64,000 bases of DNA. It comes from Eledone cirrhosa. Lineage: Eukaryota. Both the position numbers and the translations under genes were made by a program. Positions 23,375-36,632 of this stretch are shown piece after piece. The notes under the pieces were generated by a model. It saw nothing but the letters and a program-made list of their open reading frames with translations, was not told where the DNA came from and did no database searches. Where the stretch lies: NCBI GenBank assembly GCA_964016885.1, contig OZ024741.1:253208001-253272000 (forward strand). The letters are read 5' to 3'. Every line of letters starts with the position of its first letter. The first letter of the stretch is position 1.

Positions 23375-23585
23375 CCTGTTGACTGCTGCGTATATTTTAC
23401 ATACCTACAGTTGCTGTGTCGGGTTTTTCTCAGTAAAATTACTATTATTTTAAACAACACATCTAAATGATTGACAAACATCACCTCAAGAAACTAGTAA
23501 CCCCATCTAGCTTCGAAGTTATGAACTGTTGGAAAAGAGTTCAAACATGTTAGGATGAGTTATCTTGTCTGTGGCACTGAAGAGG
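23375..23585. mobile_element. TTAA-flanked piggyBac-type MITE
   Basis: TTAA|CCTGTTGACTGC...GCACTGAAGAGG|TTAA; second copy at 28556-28872. Confidence 0.7.
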
Positions 23586-24057
23586 TTAATCAGACTGTGT
23601 AAGTGTTTAAAAAAAGGGGGAGTTTTATAAAATATGAATGACAGGTATAGTGGTCTATGTTATTGTCCTGTATATAACAGATATGTGGCTCAATTCCTGT
23701 TAGTGGTCCTGTCATATATATTCTTTAAAACCCTTACTCTGTCAGCCTAAAGAAAAATAGAAAAAAAAAGAAAAGAATTGCTTTAAATATACTTCCATGC
23801 TGTTCCCACTTTTACTTCATACATATAATCTTTGATTTGTATGGAACTTAACCCTTATCCTCCTTCTCAACTATATATATAAATATATATAATTAAAAAA
23901 AAAATGTGTTCACTCTACATGGCTGAATACAATGAATGTAATCTGAGTTTTTCGAATATTGATAATAATATTCGATTTGTATGCAATCAAGCCTCATTTT
24001 AAAGCCATGTCAGTAGAATGAGCCCCTCATTCTTGCTCTTGTGTTGGCATGTAAACA

Positions 24058-24107
24058 GAACTGCAGACACTAATATTTCTGGATATTACCCTTCATCAGT
24101 ACAGTTC
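24058..24107 (-). ncRNA. Type-I hammerhead ribozyme
   Basis: gaactgta CTGATGA a-gggt-aat-atcc-a GAAA tattagtg TC tgcagttc; 8-bp stem I, GUC triplet. Confidence 0.75.
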
Positions 24108-24205
24108 ACTGTTCACCTGCCAACTGTCAGAACAAGTGAAAATATATGGTATTTTCTAAAATATACATGATGATGATGATGATATATATATATATATAAC
24201 ATATA

Positions 24206-24262
<57 letters not shown>

Positions 24263-25479
24263 GATAACAAGTTATCGTTTTATGTAATCCAGTTAGAAGT
24301 TGTGAGTACTCTGTTCTATGGATAGTTTTAACGTATGGCGTTGTTTGACTCAACAAGAGGTTTCTGCAGTTAGGTAGTGAGTTTGCAAGAATTCTCATGT
24401 AGGTTATTCTTGGAGTAATAATAGTGAAAGAGTGAAGAATAACATGGTCGGCTATACAAAAGGGTTGAAAACCAACCCTACTAACCCAAGCTAGCATGGA
24501 AGGTAGACGTTAATCGATAATGATGATGATGATGATGATTTATATAGTTCAAGGAAACAACAAAACAGAGGTACAAAAAGTCTTATAAGTTTCCTGCTTT
24601 ATATGGAAAAGGGGAAAGAAAGTTTGAACGTGTCGGGCTTTAGATCCTCTTCTGGAGTACAAAAAATAGAGGCAGGATCACAAAGGATAGATACAGAAAA
24701 TAAAAGGTAGTCCGTAGTGTGAATGTATGTGTCCTTTTAAAAGTTTATTATGTAAAGTATCAATGTTTGTGTGTGTTATGCATACATCCATGTGGTGTGT
24801 GGTTGTGGATTTTTTATGTGTGAAGTTTATTTTGTGTGTGTGTAAAGTATCTGGCAGTGTTTGCGTATGTCCGTGAGATCTGTGGATTTGTATGTGTGAG
24901 TATATGATTAAATTTTAATGTGTGTATGTATTTTGAAGTTTTTATTATGTACGTGTAAAGTATTTAACTGTGATTTGTATGTAAAAGTTTATATATGTTT
25001 TAACGAGTTTGTGACATAGCATAGAGGAAGTGTGTTTAGTATGTGTTAGAGAGTATATCACAGAGCAGATTATAAGATGGGTGGCGCATTAAGGCTATGG
25101 GGATAAAATGTTTGTAAAGAAAATATAAGTTACTGTTCTCTACGCCAGCACAAGTCGGGGGGGGGGGGGGTGGAACAATATGAGAGCGTGAAGATACAAA
25201 TTTGGTCAATTTAGTTGAAGTGATTAGTTTAGTTCTTTGCACTCTAAAATGGTCAGAAAACTTTGGTATGCAATAAACTTAACATGTACAAGAATTGTAG
25301 CGCATATACAAATAGATGTGTATTTTGATAGTTTGGGAAGAAGAATATAATTATTGAGGAGTGGCCATGGATCCCTATGTGCCTCTAGTCTTATCAAGAA
25401 CATAAGTGACAATAACATTATAAATGGAAAGCTAGCCAATTAAGCATGAAAATAATTTTGAAAAGCCGTTTTAAGCGAA

Positions 25480-25920
25480 TCCGGTCAAGTACAAAACTAC
25501 TTTTTGTGATGTCAACGTATTTTTTTCGTTGTTTACTATACAAATAACAGGTAAGTACAAAAACATTTTTTTATGTAAAAAATAAAACATTTTTCGTTGT
25601 GATGACAAAATACAAAACATGACAAAATACAAAACTATTCTTTTTGATGTAAAAAAAAAAACTCCTTGTTTAATATACACGTAATATGTAGGTACAAAAG
25701 TACAAAAACTATTTTTTTTAAGTAACAAAAATTTCCATGTTTACTATATACGAAATATGGAGGTACAGAGGTACAAAAACTGTCTTTTTGAAATAAAAAA
25801 AATGTTTCCATGTTTGCTATACATGTAATATGTAGGTACAATAGTAGAAAAACAATATTTTCTATATAAAAATCTTTTTTTCCGTTGTGTACTACATTGT
25901 ATTTGAAATAAAAACACATT
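25480..25920. repeat. Degenerate ~60-70 bp tandem repeat
   Basis: Recurring GTACAAAA(A)CTATTTTTT...TTTCCATGTTTACTATA. Confidence 0.7.
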
Positions 25921-26217
25921 AGGTGATCTTTTCAAATCTTTAGCATTTTAAAAATATTGTATCGATTGTGTTGTTATTTCTGTTTACCTTTTACATACAT
26001 ATATATATATATATACATATATTTATTTAGGTTTGTTGCTTCACCACTGGATAGAACTGGTCATTCTGTATGGTCAACCTCGATGTAATATTATGGAGAG
26101 CACTCAACGTAATGCAACTCACCCGTCTTCGTTTGTGTAGTTGGTGGTGCGAGTACGGAGTTAATTATTATTAAATAACAGGAGGCTGGGCTGGTGTAAT
26201 TCCTTAAAAGATTTATT

Positions 26218-26275
26218 ATACTATGAACATTTCAATGACCGGGTTCAGTATGAATCCGGTGACGTCATCAGGTAT
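26218..26275 (-). ncRNA. Type-I hammerhead ribozyme with long stem II
   Basis: atac CTGATGA cgtcaccggattca-tac-tgaacccggtcatt GAAA tgttca TA gtat, then AATAAA. Confidence 0.72.
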
Positions 26276-26491
26276 TCGAAATATAACAAAGGAATATAAT
26301 AGACAAAATCCATGGGGCTGAAAATCAGAGACATAAGGGCGACTGAACATTTAGCAGCTTCTACTCCGGTCGGCCATATATATATATAAAATACTTGGAC
26401 CTCTTTTAACCATCTTTTGATCTTATATTATATATATATATATAGAGAGAGAGAGATAGATTATATATGTGTGTGTGTATATATATATATA

Positions 26492-26591
26492 CAGGGTGTC
26501 CACAAAAAATGTATACACACTTTGATTACTTGTTCAGGAAATATTTATTAGAATGCTGTTGAAGTGTGTATACATTTTTTAATGCACCCTG
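26492..26591. mobile_element. 100-bp Tc1/mariner-type MITE
   Basis: TA|CAGGGTG...AAAAAATGTATACACACTT / AAGTGTGTATACATTTTTT...CACCCTG|TA. Confidence 0.8.
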
Positions 26592-26595
26592 TATT

Positions 26596-26627
<32 letters not shown>

Positions 26628-26630
<3 letters not shown>

Positions 26631-26966
26631 TTATTCAAAATATTAACAAATGAAGGATATTCACATAATCAAAATATATGCTTTATTATATATATTTCAA
26701 AGGTACTGTGTTGTTTTTTCAGTACGTCTTCATCAGATAAAATATATGATTTGATATATGACATACCGCTACGGTCTTGATTATTCAATTCCAGTATTGG
26801 CAGTATTGAATAATCAAAACTGTAGCGGTATGTCATATATCAAATCATATATTTTATCTGATGAAGACGTACTGAAAAAACAACACAGTACCTTTGAAAT
26901 ATATATAATAAAGCATATATTTTGATTATGTGAATATCCTTCATTTGTTAATATTTTGAATAATAT
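26628..26966. mobile_element. Near-perfect fold-back (~160-bp arms) of a hammerhead-bearing pLTR-like sequence
   Basis: Arms separated by a ~15-nt spacer; hammerhead motif in each arm. Confidence 0.85.
26852..26913 (+). ncRNA. Type-I hammerhead ribozyme; mirror copy on minus at ~26681-26742
   Basis: ttttat CTGATGA agacgtactg-aaaaaacaaca-cagtaccttt GAAA tatata TA ataaag. Confidence 0.7.
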
Positions 26967-28555
26967 TAAAAACTCCAGGAAAACCTCTGTTGAGTGCTTC
27001 TAATCTATTGTAAAATTGTATTCATTGAGTAATCAACGAACCATATTAATCTTTGGTTATATAATATATATATATGATGGGATGAGTTTTAATATATTAT
27101 TAAATTCAAAACTACTATGAAGACATAATATGGTGAACCACAAGGACATGCATTTCATTAAGCGATCGCAACTTTTTAAACTTGCACTATATAAATATAG
27201 GTTTATGAAGCTAGTCAAAGAGAATCAGTACAGCTTCAGTCATCTCTTACTTACTCAATGATATAATCAGGTTTGTATTATTAGAAATGCAAACCCATTA
27301 TTCAGAGTGTATACATACGTTAATTAGTAAGATAAACAGTGTGAAGGGGGTGAGGTAGGTACTTCAAAAGCATAGTAACTAAAGTAAGAATTGTGTGAAA
27401 AAATTTCAGGGAGCTATTTCTTCTGCTGGTAACAAAGGGTTTCTTTCTGAGAATGAATGACAGATTGTATATTGTTTGTGTACAAAGTACAATGCTGTAT
27501 AGTAAGAAAAGGGTGCCCTTGAAAGCAGAGGATATGTAAAAACTAGAAAGAAATTGGAGTGTGTAATATTAGTGTGCATGAATGAAGGAGCACAAATAAG
27601 CTGAGAGAAAAGCTGAATGTATGAGGAATTCGATGTTATGTACAAGAGAGAAAACTATTCAGGTAGGAGCATATAACACAGATGGCAGATGACAGTTATA
27701 TAATTAAGCCATCCAGCGCGAAGGGTCTTTTGTGTCTTAAGCCCCTCCAATAATTTGTTTCAATATATCATACTTGTGCTTTGGTATTTACTACACTGAT
27801 TTTCTATTGACTCTAAATATATTAGTATGATGATCATCATCAATTAACATCTATCTTTCACGCTAGCATGGGTTAGATGGGTTTGTCCCATTTGACGCAA
27901 ATTTGGTTTGGTAACTGTGTCTCGCTCATATAGGACTGTTTCTGGCTTGCTTTCTACAGCTGGATGCCCTTCCTAGTGCCAGCATCATTTACAGTGTGTG
28001 TTGGGTGCTTTTTGCCATGTCTCCTACACGACCACTCTACAGTGTGGACTGGGTGCTTTTTGTCATGACATCTACATGGCCACTTTACTGTGTGGGCTGG
28101 ATGTTTTGTGGTACCAACATAACTTTACAGAGTAAGGATGGTATGGGTGGAAGTGGGAGGGAAGTGTAGGGTGTATATTAGATTAAGAGGTGCCTATGTT
28201 TTTAATTTCTTTCTTAGTCTTGTATTGGTGATAAAAATGTATGAGCTAATAATAATTATACACATGTAGAATATATATACTTAAGCCCCACCCAATTCCA
28301 AAACTGTAACAGAAGCTCTAATAATGAAATGCTTAGGGCTCAAAGTAGATCAGACTTGTGTATGCCAGAAACATAGGAAGACATGGGACAAAATGAAGGC
28401 TGGTATGAAAATGCTGAACCTCATAAAGGAGATATCAAAGGTCTGTGACAGATGATGACATATGGAGCTGCAGAAGATCTGGCCACCCATGCAAGAATGA
28501 CAATTAAAACAATGACATGGTAGAATTAATAAAAGTGAGGTATGACTAGATTTAA

Positions 28556-28872
28556 CCTGTTGCCTGCTGTGTATATTTTACACAGCTACATTTGCTGTGC
28601 TGGGTTGTTTTATTTTTATTTCAGTAAAATGACTATTTTTTTTAAACAAACATTTATTATCAACACATATCAGAATGATTGACAAACGTCACATCAATAA
28701 ACTAGTCACCCCATCTAGCTTTGAAGTTATGAACTGTTGGAAACGAGTTCCTAACTTTAATGTTATGAACTGTCAGAAATGAGTTCAAACATGTTAGGAC
28801 GAGTTATCTCGTCCGTGGCACTGGAATATATACATACTAAGATGACTTATCTCATCTACAACACTGAAGAAG
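28556..28872. mobile_element. TTAA-flanked piggyBac-type MITE, copy 2 with internal duplications
   Basis: Homologous to 23375-23585; TTAA on both sides. Confidence 0.7.
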
Positions 28873-29559
28873 TTAAGTCTCTTTCCTTCATTATATTCCT
28901 GTTAGAGGATGGTGGGTTGGCAGATTCATTAGAGCATCAGACAAATACTAGTAGTATTTGTTCTGGTTCTGTACGTTCCGAGTTCGAATCTCACAGACAT
29001 CAACTTTGCCCTTCATCCTTCCAGGGTCAATAAAATAAATCACCAGTCAAGTCCTGTTAAGTCTCCATTTACTGTAATCCTCTTCAATACTATCTTATAC
29101 ATTCTCTTTCTCTCCCTCCCTCTCTCACTCTTTTCTTTCACATACTTGCCCTGGTTCTTCGTTTGTCATTGCTCTCTCTCCCTGCTATTATTTTTCTCTT
29201 AGCCACATGGCCACGTTGCATTGAACAAATGGAAACAACATAGTTTAGTGAGGATTCTTTAGTTATTTAGTGTTCAGTGCAATCTCACAAGTGTTTCTGC
29301 CATAATATAATTGTTTCTACTTTTCGCACAAGGCCAGCAATTATCCCAGTGTATTACTGGTACTTTATTTTATTGACCCCATAAGGATGAAAGGCAAAGT
29401 TAACCTCAGCGGGATTTGAACTCAGATCATAGTTCAAATCCTGCCGAGGTTAACTGTCATAATATAATGCACTCAGCAAACAAATAAATAAGGACAATAT
29501 ATGGTTGAAATGACTCTTTCTTCAAGTCATGCGTCACTGCACATAGTATATACAAATCA

Positions 29560-30110
29560 AGATTATAAAGTTACTAATCAATTAATCAATAGGCCGCACT
29601 GCTTGCATGGATTCTAGTGACTCCCTGTCATCATCCAATTCTATTGTTCTTCATATTCAGCAGATCAGAGGGATTACAGTTTATGTTGACACAAATCTAC
29701 TTGATATAGGTCTTGGCTTGTCACCTTCTGCTAGCTCTTCCTTGTGTAGTCCCCATAAATAATAATTTCATCTTTAGCTCTCCAATAATGCCCTACAAAT
29801 CAGACTCTACACACTTTGATGATGTCTAATACTGGACAAAGGTTCCCATGCAATAGCTCATTGGGCCGGCGATCTCCCCATGTGACATCTAAAACCACTC
29901 TAAAGATCCAATCTTCTTTCCAGCTATAAGATAAGGGTCCATGCTGAGTAGCCATACAATAGAAGATAGGTAACAGTTATTTGAATCAAAGAGGCCATTA
30001 TCATCAGCCAGGAAAGATCACAAATAAACAATAGATTGGAAATGTATGAGGCAGACTGGTTGCTATAGCGATTTGACATATGCATATTTCAGACATGTAG
30101 GCCTGTTAAA
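29560..30110 (-). pseudogene. Degraded RTE-like LINE C-terminal fragment
   Basis: LYGYSAWTL..LERRLD..TQGRASRR*QAKTYI on the minus strand. Confidence 0.7.
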
Positions 30111-30309
30111 GTAAAACACTTTTGTTTGTCTTGTTTTGAACTGTTTCAGCCCCACATTTGAAAAGAGAGTAATAGCCCTGAAATATCATATTGAAACACA
30201 CTGGGTAAAACATTATTTTGTTCTGTTTTATTTATCATCATTTTTTGCCCTTTGTATTTTTCTATCACGTTGCACTGGCTTTTTGAAAATTATCAGTCTT
30301 TTATTTTAT

Positions 30310-30657
30310 ATCATCATCATCATCATCATCATTTCATTTTACGTCTGCTTTTTCCCTGCAAGGGTGAGACGGGAACTGACTCTGGCTTGATTTCTACAGC
30401 TGGATGCCCTTCCTAACACCAACCTCATTTACAGTGAGTGCTGGGTGCTTTTATGTTGTGGCACCTCCACGACCACTTTGCAGTGGAATGATATGGACCC
30501 CAGTCCCTATCATCTCATTTTTACAGCTGAGTAAACTGGAGCAATGTGAAATAAAGTGTCTTGCTCAAGGAAACAACACATCACCCGGTCTGAGAATTGA
30601 ACTCACAGCCTTTCGATTGCAAGGCCAATGCTCTAACCACTAAGCCATGTGCCTCCA
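30310..30657 (-). mobile_element. Full-length CORE-type SINE with RTE tail
   Basis: Reverse complement of the 834-1176 family. Confidence 0.88.
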
Positions 30658-31375
30658 TATATATATATATATATACATATGGTGGTAGAGATGATACTCC
30701 ATATTTATATATACATATGGTGGTCGAGATGATACTCAATATAAAACACTCCTGCTACACACTGGAAAGTTGTTGCTGTTAGCAAAAGCAATCAGTCATA
30801 GAAACTATACCAAAACGGAATGTATGCGTAAGATGCAGTAAGCTGACCTGCCTAATCTTAGAACATGACAATCTGTCTAATCCATGTAAGCATGGAAAAT
30901 ACATAGATGCAAAACAGTGACGGTGACGATAATGACTATGATGACAATGATGATGATGATGATGATGATGATGATGTTCATGATGATGATGAAAATGATT
31001 GGAGTGGTGATTCCAATGATGGTGATGATGATGATGAATGTGGTTATGTTTGAGATAAAAGATGACAGCCATGGAGAAGAGGTGAAGAATTACAACATAA
31101 ATGTGTCATTAAAATATTGAAGAATTAAAGGATTGATATATTAAGGAATCAATAGACAAGATCCCAAACCTCATTCACTTACAGAGTGTGGTGAAAATCA
31201 CCTAATCTGACCAAGTAAACAATGTTTCAATTGATCTTTCCATTGCTGATACTGTCTCCTAGTGGCAACTCCTGGTAGAAGGAACAACATGAAATAAAAT
31301 ATCTTGCTCAAGGACATAACACATCGCCCAGAATCAAACTCACAACCTCATGATTGCAAATCCAATTCTCTATCC

Positions 31376-31680
31376 CAGCATTCTCAACCTGTGTCCCTAG
31401 GAACCCTAGCGTTCTACAAGCAGTTATTAAGGATTCCATGAGAAACAGTGATAAATAACCTAATGCATTTTTGAGTGATTTTTGTTTAATTTTATATTCG
31501 TAATTTTCCTCTACACATACGGCATATTGCTGGACAATCCTTGATTATTATAATAAAGGCTTCAACCTCTAAAAGAGATAGATATTAATAATGGTATACG
31601 AAAATCTTTATGCAGAGGTTCCCTGAGATATGAAAAGTATTTCAAGGGTTCCATAAGGGTACAGAGGTTGAGAAACATTG
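31376..31680. mobile_element. hAT-Charlie-type MITE
   Basis: TIRs CAGCATTCTCAACCT / AGGTTGAGAAACATTG; imperfect 8-bp flanks CTCTATCC / CTCTAAAT. Confidence 0.7.
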
Positions 31681-32199
31681 CTCTAAATAAAATATTACAG
31701 CGTGATTAAGAAGAAGAAAATCATTTTGAAACTTAAAATTATAGTTAAAACTGTTTCTCTGAACTGCGAAAAAGGGTAATGCACCACTTTTCAAATTATG
31801 CAGGTGATGAAAACAGTATTTATCTATTTAATTATTTGATTTAAATGTCTGTATAGAGCTAGTAAGTTATGACAGACAAGGTGAGGTATCTAGTATCCCT
31901 TACAGTTAAGAAACAAAAGCAAGATAAACAGAGATATCAAAAATGAAAAAGGGGAATTTTTCTGAACATATGATGTCTCGGTTCATGGACAGTGTCTTGA
32001 GTAATAAACACGCAAACCGGTAACAACAGTTGACAACAAGCTGGGAGTATTGGCGGGAAAGTGTCACTTGCTGTGTAGTTAGTTACTATGAGGATATCTA
32101 TCTATCTTTCACACACAGCCTCTCTCTTACTGTATTTCTCTCACAACATTTTGTATGGGAAAAATAGTTTCAGTTCATAAACAGTTGACAAACAGCCTT

Positions 32200-32238
32200 C
32201 AGGAATGAATCAAGTTCATGAGCTGAGGTTCCACTGTA
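32200..32238. mobile_element. pogo/Tigger-like TIR remnant
   Basis: Reverse complement TA|CAGTGGAACCTCAGCTCATGAAC; partner end not found. Confidence 0.45.
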
Positions 32239-33158
32239 TGTTACATTATATGTATAACAACATACAAACAGACATAGACATACATTTGATTTCATATATT
32301 ATAAATATGATTGATAAGATAATTTTAATTAGTTTACACATGCAGTAACAACTAAAATTTATAGCTTTGTCCTATCATCATCATCGTTTTTATGTCCGCT
32401 TTTCTATGCTTGCATGTGTTGGATGGGTTCTTCTAAACATGGCATCTCTCCATTTGTCATGTTCCTTTGTCATCTCCTCTACCAGTCTTAGCAATTTGAA
32501 GTTCACTCTCACAACCTCTGCCAAGCTCTTTTTTGGTTGTCCTTTACTGCAGCTTCCTTTCACTGGAATTTCCTATGTTAAGTTAAACATTTTAAGTCTG
32601 TCCCAGGCCTGGAGGCTTATCCTGTTTTCCTCAGTATTAAGCGACTGCTAGTACAAGACTCTTGCTCATTCATGAAACCAGTTTAACTCCCAGTTACTGT
32701 TAGTCCTTATTTTCAGCTGAATGTATTGGAGCAACTAGAAAGAACTCATCATACCAACCAGCCAAGGAATCAAGCCCCCCCCCCCCCCAAAAAAAAATCA
32801 TTATCATAGGTTTAACAGCCTAACCACTGGGCCATGCAACTATACTTTCTATAAAATCAAAAACACTACTAACATGCCAGTAATTAATTGCCATTATTGC
32901 ATTAAATATTCCAATCAGTGTATTTGGTTCACTAAACCAATTATAGAAGTGGCTTTAAATATAACTTCACAATGATCAGTTAAGAGAAGAGTAAGCTGTT
33001 GCTGATAAGAATATATATATATATATATATATATATGACAACTTTCTCTCTCTTTCTCACACTCTCTCCTGATGAAAGTATATATATTTATGACAACTCT
33101 CTCTCTCACTCTCTCCTGATGAAAGTATATATATACATACATATATATATATATATAC

Positions 33159-33293
<135 letters not shown>

Positions 33294-33322
33294 CATACAT
33301 ATATATATATATATATACATAC

Positions 33323-33392
<70 letters not shown>

Positions 33393-33395
33393 GTA

Positions 33396-34865
33396 CTAGC
33401 TGGGGTATCTGGCTTTACCCAGGAGAACAGTTAAGAGAAGATGGATAAAAGAGAAAATGACTGTATTGCATGTGTTTTTTGGTTTACTGTATGAGGTGAG
33501 ACTGTAATGTGTGAGTGAAAGAGAGAGAAACATAAAAAAAAAACAATCATAAAACTTCCTTATTAGGCTGGCAGAGTAAACTGCCGATTTAATGGTAGTA
33601 TTGGCCTTGGATTTTAAATGTTGTGAAATAACCATAGTCAGTATAATCTTTTTCAGCTCCAAGGGATGTCATCTGAAACGCAGCAATATACCACATAACA
33701 TTGCTTCTGAAGTGTTTAGCTTCGTTAGTAGGGTCTGTAAGCAGTATTCTCATCTCATATCCTGCGAAATGTCACAATGTTGACTTGTCCTTCTATTCCC
33801 TCTATGAACAAGTACATTAAATTTCACGCCCGTATTTGGGAATTTATTTTGTAGCCTTTTAGAGAATTTTGTGCCAAACAAAAGATAATGGTCAAGAAAA
33901 ATGGGATGGTGAGAATTGTTCTGGTTCAGTGAATATGGCTGGTGAGCTGAGTGTCAGAATTCAGACTTTCTATTGAAATAAAGAAAGTAGAGATAGGTAT
34001 GTTTATTTGTGTGCTTGTGGGTGTGGGTGTGTGTGTGTGTGTGTAGGAAGATGATTCTATTACAAAATATATATATTCTCTCCATCTTAACATGCTAACC
34101 ATACTCCCACACACACATACACACACACACAACTCCCTCCCCCATTTCTACTAATAGAATCATCTTCCTATACACACACAAACACACAAATAAACATACC
34201 GATCTCTACTTTCTTTATTTCAATAGAAAGTCTGAATTCTGACACCCAGCACACCAGTCATAATCACTGAACCAGAACAATTCTCCCCATCCCATTTTTC
34301 TTGACCATTATCTTTTGTTTGGCACAAAATTCTCTAAATGGCTATAAAAAATTTCCAAAATACGGGCATGAAATTTAATGTACTTGTTCACGTGACAGTC
34401 ATAATTTCCTTTATAACCAATCAAATTACATTTATAAAAAAACCCTTCGTGAGCCACTTTTTTTTAACTAAAAAGAAATTCAAACACACACTGGCGGGAA
34501 AGCTGATGTGCTTATTCACGTGACTGCATCAACCAACCAAACTTCACTCATATATGAAAAAACAATCTGAGCCCCCCCCCCCCCTTGTTTGAAGAACTTT
34601 GTAATGCGAACTGGCGTGAAATTTATTATACTTATTCACCAACCAACCAAATTACTTCTCTAAAAACGTAGCATTTTGAGCCACTTTTCTCCATATAAAA
34701 CAGAAGTAACATTCAAAGACCAACCAGATGTGAGAAAAACCACAGACTCTCCATCTCAACTCTACTTTTGAAAAGCAGAAGAACTGCAAAACCGGTAAAG
34801 GAACCAAATAAATATATAATTAAAAAAAAAAAGATTCCAGTTGCATTTTCGATTTCATCGTTTTT

Positions 34866-34880
<15 letters not shown>
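33396..34880 (-). mobile_element. Possible non-autonomous Helitron containing a large inverted repeat
   Basis: A|CTAG followed by hairpin CTGGGGTA..TACCCAG (3' end on minus); other end runs into (TA)n; flanked by interrupted TATGACAACTTTCTCTC repeats. Confidence 0.45.
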
Positions 34881-34929
<49 letters not shown>

Positions 34930-35343
34930 GTTTGTATATGTATAATAAAGCTTTATATATATATATGACAACTTTCTCTCTCTCACAAAATCTCACGTGA
35001 TGAAAGTTTGTTTATATTTGCCTCCTTCTAGTGTTACCATTTGCACAACTTACTTGCCTATTATTCTTTCCTGTTTCCAGTCATGGGAATTTTTATTGTT
35101 ATTTGTTTATATATTTGCTTTGCTGTTCCGGATCTCTATGTTGTATTGTCTTCTAGACATCTTTCTGACTGCTTGTTTTAAGCTATCATGCAACCTGGAC
35201 TCAACATTATACAATACCACCTTTATGCACGAAATTGTATGGCTAACAAGTGGATTATGAGGAAGATAGATGTTTATTAAACCAAAGTATTTCATTTTTA
35301 TTGTGTGCAACTTTGCTATGTGTGTGTGTATATATATGTATTG

Positions 35344-35391
<48 letters not shown>

Positions 35392-35443
35392 CTATATATA
35401 TAAATATATATAAAGTATCATCAACATCATTTGAACATCTGCT

Positions 35444-35515
<72 letters not shown>

Positions 35516-35559
35516 AATTGGCAAAAGTAGAGTTGAACAAGGAAAATACTCACTATCTA

Positions 35560-36295
35560 TCGAAGTATGCACCTACAAGATGATGCAGACAGGCTGTTTT
35601 GGAAAAGAAATGAGGCAGGTAGGGCATTGCTGAGAGTACAGAATGCTGTCAAAATAGAAGCAAGGGGTATGGGCTGCTACATAGTTTTCTATAAGAAAGA
35701 AACGCTTATATTGGAGGTTGTCAGGGAAGGCATATTTGAGAAAAATAGGGGCCCAGAAAACACAAAGACTGATTGCTGAAGAGCATAAAAAAGCATTTGA
35801 TGAAAAGCCCTTGCATTAAGCATTACTTTACCCTTTAGCATTTATATTACTCTATATTTACTATTGTATTTTCATAGAAAAAGCTTTATCTCACATAATA
35901 TTGAATCTATGAGATTTTGTTATTATGTATTTTGAGAACAATACCTTAACATTAGTATGAGTTGCTGGTTACAGCTGGTTTGAACAGAAAGAGGTGAAAT
36001 AATTCTGGCTGGATATGGTCAGTTTAAATGCTAAAGAGTTAAGGAAACAAGAAATGTGTGATAACAAAAATACTTGGTTATTGTCACATAAAGGCTAAAA
36101 TAAGAAAGAAAGGGAAGGACTTATATTAGCAGCATCAGATCAAGCCATGAGAAGAAGGTGGGTAATGAAAAACATAGACAAGATGTTTAAGGCTAATGCA
36201 GAACTTTAAGGCTAATGCAGAACTAAAGCAGAGACAGTTGCCCACATCATTTCAGAGTGTAAACAGTTATCCCAGACTGATTATAAAAAAATGCT
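35560..36295 (+). pseudogene. R4/Dong-like (RLE-type) non-LTR retrotransposon relic
   Basis: HLQDDADRLFWKRNEAGRALL; EREGLILAASDQAMR; CRTKAETVAHIISECKQLSQTDYKK zinc knuckle. Confidence 0.7.
35831..36038. mobile_element. piggyBac-type MITE nested in the R4/Dong relic
   Basis: TTTA|CCCTTTAGCATTTA...TAAATGCTAAAGAG|TTAA. Confidence 0.7.
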
Positions 36296-36572
36296 AACCC
36301 CAGCAGGATTTGAACTCAGAACGTAAAGGGCCATAACTCTATGCCACAAAGCATGGTGTCCAATACTCTACTGATACTAATGATAATAATAATTATTTCT
36401 ACCTTTGGCACAAGGCTGGCAATTATCCCAGTACATTACTGGTACTTTATTTTATCGACCTCGTAAGGATGAAAGGCAAAGTTAACCTCGGCGGGATTTG
36501 AACTCAGACGATAAAGGGCCGTAACTCTTTGCTCCAAAGCATGGCTTTGGACCCTCTACCAATACTGCCAAT
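36295..36572 (-). mobile_element. Two Meta-domain-type SINEs, one partial
   Basis: Same family as 4955-5145. Confidence 0.8.
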
Positions 36573-36632
36573 GGTGAGAGATGTATCTCTTCAAAAGTAA
36601 TAAATGAACAAAAGTCATTATTCACTGGTAAT

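Noticed and set aside
24615-24660. Hammerhead-like motif on minus (similar case at 43195-43235)
   Set aside because: Core reads CAGAAGA, and here GACA; too degenerate to call
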